Shown one piece after another: positions 30,948 through 39,665 of a DNA stretch of 64,000 bases. The stretch lies in the IMG/VR virus record IMGVR_UViG_3300045988_115474; one strand, 5' to 3'. Under the pieces are notes generated by a model, which saw only the letters and a program-made list of their open reading frames with translations, made no database searches and was not told the origin of the DNA. The DNA is from a virus. The position numbers and the translations under genes were made by a program. Every line of letters starts with the position of its first letter. Positions within the stretch are counted from its first letter, which is position 1.

Positions 30948-32108
30948 ATGGCTATTGTTTGTGATGCATCTGCTATTCGTAAGAAGCTTCGTATGCTTGT
31001 GTATGGCGAGCAGGGAACTGGTAAGTCTCGATTTGCTATGCAGTTCTGCTACATGAAGACTCCTGAAGGTCGTCCGTTCCGTGTTCTGTATCTGGATACT
31101 GAGTCTGGTTCTATCGACGATTATCGTGAGGAACTGATGGATAATGGGCTCGACCCGATGAATCTCCGTATTGTTTACACTCAGTCTCTCGCAGAGGTAC
31201 AGGATTTCATCCATACCGTTGCTGACAATGAGGACTTCGAGGATGAGGATGGTAATGTTTGGCTGGATGCTGACGGTAAGCCTTTCCGTGCTGACGCTAT
31301 TGTTGTTGATTCCGCAACCATCCTTAATCTGACTACGAAACAGGGTTTGACTAATTTCTCGCAGAAGCGTGCAAAAGTTAAGGCTGCAGCACAGGGTCTG
31401 ACCGGTGATGAGAAGTCGGTGAAGATCGAGGGTGCTGGTATGGAGTTGAAGGATTATCAGCAGCTGAACTTTAAGGGTCAGTCCCTGATCCTGGATTTGA
31501 ATGCAACTGGCGTGAGCTACATCGTCATTTGCCGTGAGAAGGATGAGACTGAAACCAAGCTGGTGAATGGTTCTTCTGTGAGCGTTTCTACTGGCCGCAA
31601 GATTCCTGATGGCTTCAAGGGTCAGGAGTACAATGTCGGTACTGAGTTCCGTATGTATCATCCCAGCGACGATAAGTCTATCAACTTTGCTTACTTTGAT
31701 AAGGATCGTACCGGTGTTCATAATGGCGGTGAGGTTGTAGAAGATTTGACTCTGCTTGAGTATCAGGAATATCTCGACCGTTCCGCAAAGAATCGTGAGG
31801 TCATTATCAAGAATGGTCTGAACGATGCAGTTAAGACCGAGATGAAGCTTCGTGCTCGTGAACTTGGTCTTGATGACAATGATATCAGTGATGATACTCC
31901 TGCAGAGAACACCTCCGAATCCAAGGAGCCTTCTCTGGATGACATTAAGGCAAAGCTGAATGATCTGATTGCTTCCGCTTCTCCTGTGAAGAAGAGTGCA
32001 GCGCAGAAGGCAGTTAAGGCGGCTGGCCTGTCTACCGCATTCCGTTCCATGACTGACATCGAGGAACTGAAGAAGGTTGCCGCAATCATGGAGAAGGAAC
32101 TGGCTTAA
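30948..32108 (+). CDS. RecA-superfamily ATPase (Sak4-type recombinase candidate)
   Basis: Walker A VYGEQGTGKSRFAMQ near the N-terminus, followed by a hydrophobic strand plus Asp (Walker B-like) AIVVDSATIL. Size and position next to an SSB-like gene fit a Sak4-type recombinase. Confidence 0.5.
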   Translation: MAIVCDASAIRKKLRMLVYGEQGTGKSRFAMQFCYMKTPEGRPFRVLYLDTESGSIDDYREELMDNGLDPMNLRIVYTQSLAEVQDFIHTVADNEDFEDEDGNVWLDADGKPFRADAIVVDSATILNLTTKQGLTNFSQKRAKVKAAAQGLTGDEKSVKIEGAGMELKDYQQLNFKGQSLILDLNATGVSYIVICREKDETETKLVNGSSVSVSTGRKIPDGFKGQEYNVGTEFRMYHPSDDKSINFAYFDKDRTGVHNGGEVVEDLTLLEYQEYLDRSAKNREVIIKNGLNDAVKTEMKLRARELGLDDNDISDDTPAENTSESKEPSLDDIKAKLNDLIASASPVKKSAAQKAVKAAGLSTAFRSMTDIEELKKVAAIMEKELA

Positions 32109-32800
32109 TGGAACTAACCCGTAAATGCAAGATTTGCGGGAAGAACATTTTCATCGAGCGAGACCGTAGCACGTTTTTCTACGACAAGACTGGTTTTTAC
32201 CATAAGGATTGTTTTGTAGAAAAAAAGAAAAATCAAAAACGCCCTTGGACAGATGACCTGCTAAGGGCATTTTTTGACAAAGTGAAAGACACTACGGACA
32301 AAAAGGTCGATGATCTTCTTTCCAAAAAGAGAGAGCAAGACCACAATCGTGAGCTTGCACGTATCAAACAGGAAGAGAAAAAGATTCTTTTCGACCATAT
32401 TCGAGATATATACGCCCCGGCGGTTGTTCCGGGTAGCTTCTACTCGAAACTTACGCAGTTGATCTCCGGCAATTATTACAAATATAGAGGTTCTATTCCT
32501 CCGCTAGAACTTTACGATATGTGGGTTCTAGCGAAGCCCCGACTAGATAAGATAATTGCCGAGAAAGAAGCAAAGGGTTGTGATATGAGTCAGAGATGGA
32601 ATTACGACTTGGCTGTTTTGTTATCTCAATATCCTAGTTATCTCGAACGGAAAGAAAGACTAGCTTCGATTCGCAGTGAAAGCGAAGACAAAACGAAGGA
32701 AAATCTGACTGAAACGGTACTGAAACGGATGAGAACAGCACCGAAACAGAGTAAAAACGAGAATGAAATTGATATAAATGCAATTCTCGATGAGATATAA
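32108..32800 (+). CDS. hypothetical protein with N-terminal zinc-finger-like CxxC...HxxC
   Basis: CKICGKN...YHKDCF; ATG overlaps the upstream stop (TAATG). Confidence 0.5.
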   Translation: MELTRKCKICGKNIFIERDRSTFFYDKTGFYHKDCFVEKKKNQKRPWTDDLLRAFFDKVKDTTDKKVDDLLSKKREQDHNRELARIKQEEKKILFDHIRDIYAPAVVPGSFYSKLTQLISGNYYKYRGSIPPLELYDMWVLAKPRLDKIIAEKEAKGCDMSQRWNYDLAVLLSQYPSYLERKERLASIRSESEDKTKENLTETVLKRMRTAPKQSKNENEIDINAILDEI

Positions 32801-32817
32801 AAGAGGGAGGTGGATGA

Positions 32818-34341
32818 GTGGAACTCATTTCAAATATCCCGAACGAAATTCTATTTGTCGGCGCAATTTACAAGCATCCTGATTATTTGGTCGAGTATGG
32901 GCATTATGTCAAGAGCAAGTACGATTTTGCCGATGAAGCAACAAAATTTTTCTACGATGCAGCGTTGATTATTTATGAAACTCGAACTCAAGAATTTAAT
33001 AAAACGTCTGTTTTAACGTTTATGGCTGAAGACGAGTCCAGATTATCCCAATACAAGCGGCTGAAGGGCTGGTCAACCATCGAATACTACATGAGTCTTG
33101 CGAATGACGATGATATCAAGGGATATTTCAATATCCTGAAGAAATATTCGCTACTTCGTGAGTATCAGAGAAACGGATTTAACATTGAAGGAATCTTGAA
33201 GCATCGACAGTTTGAAATATTTGGTGCTCAGGACATTTACAAATTGATTCGCGGCAAGGCCGACAAGATCAATACGGTTATCATTACAAACGATGATGCT
33301 GAGATCTTAAATAATGGTCTGCTGCCAATGGTCAATGAACGTCTGAGCGTTCCTGATATGGGCTTGCCGTTCCAGTATCCTATCATGAATGATTTGTTCC
33401 GAGGATTGAAGTTGGGTACTGTGATGTTTAATGGTATGCCATCTAACGCTGGAAAGACTAGATATATGATGGCGATTGTTGCCTACGTCACATTGGTTCA
33501 AAAGCAAAAAGCTCTTCTGCTTCTGAACGAGATGGATCTTGAGTCCGTCCGGTATTGCTTACTGGTCACCGCCATCAATAATCCTGAGTTTCAAGAGCTG
33601 CATGGTCATCGTTTCCATAAGGATGAGCGAGAGATCACTCTTGGAATGTACCGGGATGCAAATGGAAACTTCATATTCCGAAAGCAAAACGAAGACGGAG
33701 AATACATAGAAAGCATTGATGAGTTTACCGCCCGTGTCTACGAGGAAAGCGAAGAGTACCGCAATGTGCTTGATGTTTGCCAGTGGATTGAGAGCGAATC
33801 ACAAGGATTGATTGTCGCAAAAGATGTTTCTGCTGATTATAGTGATAAGTCTCTGCGATTTGAAATCCAGAAGGCAGCTCTCACTCAGGGAGTTAAGTAT
33901 GTGTTCTATGATACTTTAAAGAACGATATTGCATCTATTGGCGAATGGGCAGCGTTCAAGGTCACGGCCACCGAGCTTGAAGAGATTGCGAAAAATCTAA
34001 AGATCTTTATCTACGGTAGTATCCAGTTGGCTGAAAATGCCCATGAGTATCTTCCTGATGAGCTGAATTCAAACAACATTGCTGAGTCAAAAATGATTAA
34101 GCATGTTGCTTGGACGATGGTGTTATTCAAGGAGATTCCAAAAGATAAGTTCGCGAAGTATCAGTATATCTCTCATGACCCTGAGTGGGGCGGTGACTGT
34201 GCCCATCGGTTGAATCCAGATAAACGGTATTACGTCGGAAACATCGATAAGAATCGTTTTGGCGAAAAGAAGAAAATAATGTTTGAAGTGAATTTGAACC
34301 AGAATGTCTGGAAAGAGGTCGGTATCTGCACCAGAAAGTAA
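32818..34341 (+). CDS. replicative DNA helicase (SF4, DnaB-like)
   Basis: Walker A FNGMPSNAGKTRYMMAIVAYV and a downstream Walker-B-like VKYVFYDTLK in a ~500-aa protein located immediately upstream of the primase; GAGGGAGGTGGATGAGTG context. Confidence 0.55.
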   Translation: MELISNIPNEILFVGAIYKHPDYLVEYGHYVKSKYDFADEATKFFYDAALIIYETRTQEFNKTSVLTFMAEDESRLSQYKRLKGWSTIEYYMSLANDDDIKGYFNILKKYSLLREYQRNGFNIEGILKHRQFEIFGAQDIYKLIRGKADKINTVIITNDDAEILNNGLLPMVNERLSVPDMGLPFQYPIMNDLFRGLKLGTVMFNGMPSNAGKTRYMMAIVAYVTLVQKQKALLLLNEMDLESVRYCLLVTAINNPEFQELHGHRFHKDEREITLGMYRDANGNFIFRKQNEDGEYIESIDEFTARVYEESEEYRNVLDVCQWIESESQGLIVAKDVSADYSDKSLRFEIQKAALTQGVKYVFYDTLKNDIASIGEWAAFKVTATELEEIAKNLKIFIYGSIQLAENAHEYLPDELNSNNIAESKMIKHVAWTMVLFKEIPKDKFAKYQYISHDPEWGGDCAHRLNPDKRYYVGNIDKNRFGEKKKIMFEVNLNQNVWKEVGICTRK

Positions 34342-34350
34342 GGAGGTGTC

Positions 34351-34665
34351 TTGATGGATTGCCACTACATAAAAGTTACAGAAGGCACTTTTAAACAAGA
34401 TAAAGAAACTATTCTCAGAAATTTAAAACGACAAGCAACAGATGAGAAGTGTAACAATACTGTTGTGACTGACATTTGCTGCGATGATGGTTCGTGTTGG
34501 GAAGGTAAGGTTGCATGGCTGACTGGTGAGTATGTTTCGCTCAAGAGTTTTTATCCTGATGACCCAGAGGGGCATGTGATTATCCCACTGAATAGAATTC
34601 AGTATGTCTGTTTAATGAGATCCATTGAGACGTGTATTGACGAGTGGGAATCTAAAGTATGGTAA
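34351..34665 (+). CDS. hypothetical protein
   Basis: ORF-track ORF; AAGGAGGTGTCTTGATG RBS. Confidence 0.5.
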   Translation: MMDCHYIKVTEGTFKQDKETILRNLKRQATDEKCNNTVVTDICCDDGSCWEGKVAWLTGEYVSLKSFYPDDPEGHVIIPLNRIQYVCLMRSIETCIDEWESKVW

Positions 34666-35681
34666 ATATCGCAGATCTGAAAAATTACATTCTTGAAGAA
34701 CAGCAGATTGAACCGATTCTGGAGGAGCTTGGTTGTCATCATATCAGTCACAAGACTGGTTATTACCAGTGTGCAAATCCAGATGGTGACAATAGAACGG
34801 CACTCTGTATCTACGAGAATGAAAATCTTACTGCGGTAGATTACACACGAGACATTGCCAATGGAAAGACCAGTTATGATTTGATTTCTGTCGTCCAGTT
34901 TTTTCTGGAACTGTCTTTCCCAAAAGCTATTAAGCAAATCTGTGAATGGGTTGGCCTTGACTACTATCACAATTTCGAGGAAGACCTTCCTAAAAGTATG
35001 TTGATTCTAAAAGAGCTCATCGCAATGCAAAACGAAGGTGAAGAACACGAGGATGACCGTCCGATAGTCCCCATCTCTGAAGCTATCCTCGGTTATTATA
35101 AACCTCATGTGAACCAGATTTTTGCTGACGATGGGATATCTTATGAGACACAGCAGGAGTTTGAGATTGGCTTTGATGAACTGACAAATAGAATCACGAT
35201 TCCAATCAGAGATGAAATTGGTACTCTGGTTGGTGTAAAGGGAAGATACTTTGGCAAGCCGCCTGAAGGCGAGATAAAGTACAAGTATATTGAACCGTGT
35301 GCCAGAAACCGCATTCTATATGGTCTGTTTAAGACAGAGCCGTACATTAAGAATGAAGGTCTGGTATATGTTGGTGAAGCTGAAAAGTCTGTCATGCAGA
35401 TGTGGAACATGGATGTCTGCAACTGTGTGGCGACTGGAGGTAAGAAGGTTTCACAGAATCAAATTGAAATTTTGACACGTCTTTGCGTTAATATTTGTTT
35501 CGTCTTTGATAAAGACGTTCAGCTTAGTGAGCTTATGGTTCTCGCCAATCGATTTGTCGATGGCGTAAGTGTGTATGCTGTAGTAGATGATAAAGGGATT
35601 CTGGATGAAAAGGAAGCCCCGACTGATAATCCTGAAAAATTTAAGGCATTGATTGAGAACTGTGTTAGGAGAATCAAATGA
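34659..35681 (+). CDS. DNA primase (DnaG-like: zinc-binding domain plus TOPRIM)
   Basis: Zn-finger-like CHHISHKTGYYQCANPDG...ALC, and TOPRIM motifs VYVGEAEKSV (catalytic E) and CFVFDKDVQ (DxD). Confidence 0.7.
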   Translation: MVNIADLKNYILEEQQIEPILEELGCHHISHKTGYYQCANPDGDNRTALCIYENENLTAVDYTRDIANGKTSYDLISVVQFFLELSFPKAIKQICEWVGLDYYHNFEEDLPKSMLILKELIAMQNEGEEHEDDRPIVPISEAILGYYKPHVNQIFADDGISYETQQEFEIGFDELTNRITIPIRDEIGTLVGVKGRYFGKPPEGEIKYKYIEPCARNRILYGLFKTEPYIKNEGLVYVGEAEKSVMQMWNMDVCNCVATGGKKVSQNQIEILTRLCVNICFVFDKDVQLSELMVLANRFVDGVSVYAVVDDKGILDEKEAPTDNPEKFKALIENCVRRIK

Positions 35682-37423
35682 ATGTAAAACTCTGGAAGGG
35701 GAGTAGGAACGACCTATCAGACCCGATTGGAACGATTATGGAGAACAGAGGGGTTGAGGATTATAAGACATACATGAATCTGGATGATTCTTGCTTAAAT
35801 TCTCCGTGGATGCTGGACAATATCGAGTATGCCGTCATGATGTTGAATAAACACCTTTGGAAAAAGTCTACAATCTCTATCCTTGTAGACTGTGATGTGG
35901 ATGGTTTCACAAGTGCTTCAATGATGTTTCAGTATTTGAAGGCGATTGGTTATTTTGGAAAAATCAATGTTCTGCATCATAGTGGTAAAGAACATGGACT
36001 CTCTAAAGAAATCGAAGTTCCACCTGAAACCACTCTGCTGATTATTCCTGATGCTGGTAGTAACGATGTTGAGCAATGTAAGGAACTTCGTGATAAGGGT
36101 ATCGATATTCTGATTCTTGACCATCACATCTGCGACAGAGAGAATCCTTACGCAGTAATCGTCAACAATCAGAATGGTACATATCCTAACAAGGAACTTT
36201 CTGGCGCTGGCGTGGTGTATAAATTCCTTCAGGCTGTTGATGAGGATAATTGGACTAATGTTGCAGACCGATATCTTGATTTGGTGGCTGTGGGAAACAT
36301 CGGTGATGTCATGGATATGCACTCGCATGAGACAAAGCGCCTTTGCACGAAAGGTCTGGCACGAATTGTAAATCCGATGATTTGTGCGTTGATTGAGGCA
36401 AACAGTTTCAATATCAAGGGTGACCCGACCATCAATGATGTTCAGTTCTACATCGTTCCGATGATGAACGCACTGATTCGTGTTGGTTCATCTGAGCAAA
36501 AGAAGCGGATGTTCCGTGCAATGGTCGGTGAGGAACAAACGTTCCAGTACACTCCGACTCGTGGCAAGAATGCTGGCGTTACGATTGATGAGACTCTGGC
36601 GCAGCATGTGGCTCGCGAGTGCTCCTCTTGTAAGTATCAGCAGAATAAAATCAAAGACAAGGCTGTTGGAGAGCTCCAGAACTGGATTTCTAAATATGGA
36701 GCTGATAGAAGTAAGATTCTATTCTGTAATTCCACTGGCATTCTGGACAGTAATCTAACTGGTGTTGTGGCAATTAAGTTGGCTGAAATGTATGCGAAAC
36801 CGTGCGTGCTACTCCGAGAGATGGCTTGTTCTGAAGAAGAACCGGACGAGAATCACGAGTATTTTGGTGGTTCGATGAGAAATCCTGATGGCTCTCCGAT
36901 TGAAAGCCTAAAGGAATTCTTGATGAGCACAGGAGATTTTGAATCGGTTCTTGGTCACGACAATGCTGCTGGTGTGAAAATCAAGAAAGAAAACGTGCCA
37001 AAGGCTATTGCAGACTGTGATGAGCTGCTTAAAGATGTCACGATGAGCAAGGCAATCGTGGTTGACTTTGATTTTGATTACAATAAATTGAACGTTGCAT
37101 TGCCGAAAACGATGTACGAGATGCACAAGGTCTGGGCGCAGGGTATTTCTGAGCCGTATTTCTACATTAGAAACATTCCGCTTGTTCATAGTGGATGTGC
37201 TCCGATGGGCAAGAACGGCAATATGTGGAAGTATTCTGATGAAGAAAAAGGCATTGATTTTGTGTGCTTTGCGGATAATGACCGGATGCTTGGTTGGATC
37301 AATAATGATTTCTATGGTGGTCAGGAAGAGAAATACGTCAATGCGGTATGCCGGTTGTCTTTGAATCAGTATGGAAATAAGGTGACTCCGCAAGCACAGA
37401 TTATTGATTTTGAGGTGATTTGA
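35678..37423 (+). CDS. DHH-family phosphoesterase (RecJ-like ssDNA exonuclease candidate)
   Basis: DHH motifs ILVDCDVDGFTS (motif I), IIPDAG and ILILDHHI (motif III), plus a Gly-rich DHHA1-like region. Confidence 0.6.
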   Translation: MNVKLWKGSRNDLSDPIGTIMENRGVEDYKTYMNLDDSCLNSPWMLDNIEYAVMMLNKHLWKKSTISILVDCDVDGFTSASMMFQYLKAIGYFGKINVLHHSGKEHGLSKEIEVPPETTLLIIPDAGSNDVEQCKELRDKGIDILILDHHICDRENPYAVIVNNQNGTYPNKELSGAGVVYKFLQAVDEDNWTNVADRYLDLVAVGNIGDVMDMHSHETKRLCTKGLARIVNPMICALIEANSFNIKGDPTINDVQFYIVPMMNALIRVGSSEQKKRMFRAMVGEEQTFQYTPTRGKNAGVTIDETLAQHVARECSSCKYQQNKIKDKAVGELQNWISKYGADRSKILFCNSTGILDSNLTGVVAIKLAEMYAKPCVLLREMACSEEEPDENHEYFGGSMRNPDGSPIESLKEFLMSTGDFESVLGHDNAAGVKIKKENVPKAIADCDELLKDVTMSKAIVVDFDFDYNKLNVALPKTMYEMHKVWAQGISEPYFYIRNIPLVHSGCAPMGKNGNMWKYSDEEKGIDFVCFADNDRMLGWINNDFYGGQEEKYVNAVCRLSLNQYGNKVTPQAQIIDFEVI

Positions 37424-37424
37424 T

Positions 37425-37766
37425 ATGGGAAATTGGAAACGTGCTATCGCCATCGACTTTGATGGAACTCTCTGTGAGAATAATTATCCTGATATTGGTG
37501 AGCCAAACTGGAATGTCATTTATCAAGCAATTCAGGAACAGAAGCACGGTGCTGGTCTGATTCTCTGGACTTGCCGTGAAGGAAAGCTTTTGTATGATGC
37601 AATGGAGGCTTGCTTTGATTGGGGTATTCAGTTTGATGCAATCAATGAGAGTCTTCCTGAGTGGAAAGAGCATTTTGGTACTGCTCCTAGAAAGGTTGGA
37701 GCTAATGAATATTGGGATGATAAGGCCAGAACTGTAAAGAATGGAGAGTTGGTTGACAATGACTAA
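37425..37766 (+). CDS. small HAD-like phosphatase (putative nucleotidase)
   Basis: HAD motif I AIAIDFDGTL at the N-terminus; ATG overlaps the upstream stop. Confidence 0.4.
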   Translation: MGNWKRAIAIDFDGTLCENNYPDIGEPNWNVIYQAIQEQKHGAGLILWTCREGKLLYDAMEACFDWGIQFDAINESLPEWKEHFGTAPRKVGANEYWDDKARTVKNGELVDND

Positions 37767-38064
37767 TGCGAATAATCACGATTTATCATTAAATCTATTG
37801 GATGGTGCATATCAATCACTCGCGAATGCTCTTAAAAACTTGGAATTGCTTCGAGAAGGAACTGTGTTTAATCAGGTTTTGAATGATGGTGCTCATATTA
37901 TTGAACCGGATGAATTGACTCATATTCTTGATAAATTTGCAGAGCAGCATCCAGATTGGGAGATTTGTATCGAAACTGACCACGGATCGGTTAGTGAGAA
38001 ATTTAAGATGGATCATGTTTTCTATGAAGGTATGGGAGATATGATTGTTCTTGATTTTGAATGA
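37759..38064 (+). CDS. hypothetical protein
   Basis: In frame with ORF-track 37741-38064; ATG 37759 sits 10 nt after GGAGAG. Confidence 0.45.
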   Translation: MTNANNHDLSLNLLDGAYQSLANALKNLELLREGTVFNQVLNDGAHIIEPDELTHILDKFAEQHPDWEICIETDHGSVSEKFKMDHVFYEGMGDMIVLDFE

Positions 38065-38067
38065 AAA

Positions 38068-38316
38068 ATGGAAAAACGACGATATAGATATTACAAAATT
38101 GATTACCGTACATATAATTATACGCTCAAGAAATATCACAACTTACACAGAGAAATCTACGCTGAAAATGCAAGAGATGCAGTTAAAATGCTAAAAAGCA
38201 AAGAGTGTAATCGTGAGTTTGAGATTGTTAAAGTCTGGTTTGTTGATATTTTTGGTGATAGAAACGATAGATTTTATCCACGAACTTATGTGATTGACAA
38301 AGAAGATTATGAGTGA
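38068..38316 (+). CDS. hypothetical basic protein
   Basis: ORF-track ORF. Confidence 0.45.
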   Translation: MEKRRYRYYKIDYRTYNYTLKKYHNLHREIYAENARDAVKMLKSKECNREFEIVKVWFVDIFGDRNDRFYPRTYVIDKEDYE

Positions 38317-38328
38317 GGTGAGGACGCA

Positions 38329-39093
38329 ATGGCGGTATACATCACGGGTGATATTCATGGTGATTTTAATCGGTTTTTAGAATTAGAGAAATTCTGTCGT
38401 GAACACAATCTTGGGGAGAACGACTGGATCATATGTCTTGGCGATGTCGGGTTAAACTACTACGGCAAGGATGACCCTCGTGAATGGAGTATCAAGACTA
38501 TCGCCGCAGATATTCCTGCGAATCTGTTTTGTATTCATGGCAACCACGAGCGCCGCCTGTCTCGTAAGGATGGTTATAGGACAAAGGAAATCAGTGAAGA
38601 TATTTGTGGTAAGGTGTGGTATGACTCACATTATCCCAATCAGTATTTCGCTATTGATGGTGAGGTTTATCAGATTCTTTCCGGTACAGAAATGTTAGAT
38701 TGTCTTGTTTGCGGCGGAGCCTATTCTGTGGATAAGTATTATCGGTTGGAGTGGGGATATAATTGGTGGCCGGATGAGCAGCCGAGTGAGAAGACTAAGA
38801 AAAAGATATGGAATATTACACATGACCCTCAAATCGATGATATTGATGTTATGCTCACGCATACCTGTCCATTCCGGTTCATTCCAACTGAATTGTTCAT
38901 CGGTGGTATTGATCAAAACACAATAGACCAGTCAACTGAAATATTCTTTGATAATATATACGAATGCTATCCTAACGATCGTAAACCATTCTGGTACTTC
39001 GGCCATTTTCATGGCAACAAGTATACCGATGACTATGTGATGCTTTTCGACGATATTATTAAGTTTGGAGATAAGGTGAAGAGTGATGAGTGA
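38329..39093 (+). CDS. calcineurin-like metallophosphoesterase
   Basis: ITGDIHGD, LGDVG and IHGNHE motifs; GAGGTGAGGACGCAATG RBS. Confidence 0.7.
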   Translation: MAVYITGDIHGDFNRFLELEKFCREHNLGENDWIICLGDVGLNYYGKDDPREWSIKTIAADIPANLFCIHGNHERRLSRKDGYRTKEISEDICGKVWYDSHYPNQYFAIDGEVYQILSGTEMLDCLVCGGAYSVDKYYRLEWGYNWWPDEQPSEKTKKKIWNITHDPQIDDIDVMLTHTCPFRFIPTELFIGGIDQNTIDQSTEIFFDNIYECYPNDRKPFWYFGHFHGNKYTDDYVMLFDDIIKFGDKVKSDE

Positions 39094-39328
39094 GTATCAT
39101 GTGAGCTGTGGTATGTTTGGTATTTACGCAGGAACTGTTAAAAAGAATGGAACCGAGTGGAAAGATAAAACTCGTGTCACAGATGAAGCTATCGAGGCAG
39201 TTCGTGATTGGCTTCTTTCTGAAGCTCAGTTCAACAATAGAACTTTTGGTGGATACACATGGACAACAAAGGACGGTAAGACTGTAACTTTGAGAGTGTC
39301 CATCGAAGATAAGGAGCAGACAGAATGA
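39083..39328 (+). CDS. hypothetical protein
   Basis: ORF-track ORF overlapping the upstream stop. Confidence 0.45.
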   Translation: MMSEYHVSCGMFGIYAGTVKKNGTEWKDKTRVTDEAIEAVRDWLLSEAQFNNRTFGGYTWTTKDGKTVTLRVSIEDKEQTE

Positions 39329-39648
39329 TTAAAGATAAAAATTTACGAGTGCTTGATTATATTGACGGCAAGGAAATCCTCATTCAGATGGGTGAGGAAG
39401 GTTCTGAGCTGTCGAAAGCTGCGATAAAGTTTTATCGCGCAATCGATATGAAGAACCCAACGCCTGTAAGCATTAACGAGGCTTATGAAAACCTCGTAGA
39501 AGAATTCGGTGATGTACTGAATTGTATCTACGCATATTTTGATGATGACGCGGAAAAAATTTGGAGTTTTACTGTAGAGGCAGACAAGATTGCTGATGAA
39601 AAGCGCAAGCGCTGGATTAAGCGCCTGAAGGAACGAGATCAGGTTTAA
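39325..39648 (+). CDS. MazG-like nucleotide pyrophosphohydrolase (all-alpha NTP-PPase fold)
   Basis: EEGSELSKAA...EAYENLVEEFGDVLNCI matches the MazG/HisE-type metal-binding E-x2-E ... E-x2-D helix pair. Confidence 0.45.
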   Translation: MIKDKNLRVLDYIDGKEILIQMGEEGSELSKAAIKFYRAIDMKNPTPVSINEAYENLVEEFGDVLNCIYAYFDDDAEKIWSFTVEADKIADEKRKRWIKRLKERDQV

Positions 39649-39665
39649 TAGCGGAAGGAGAATAG

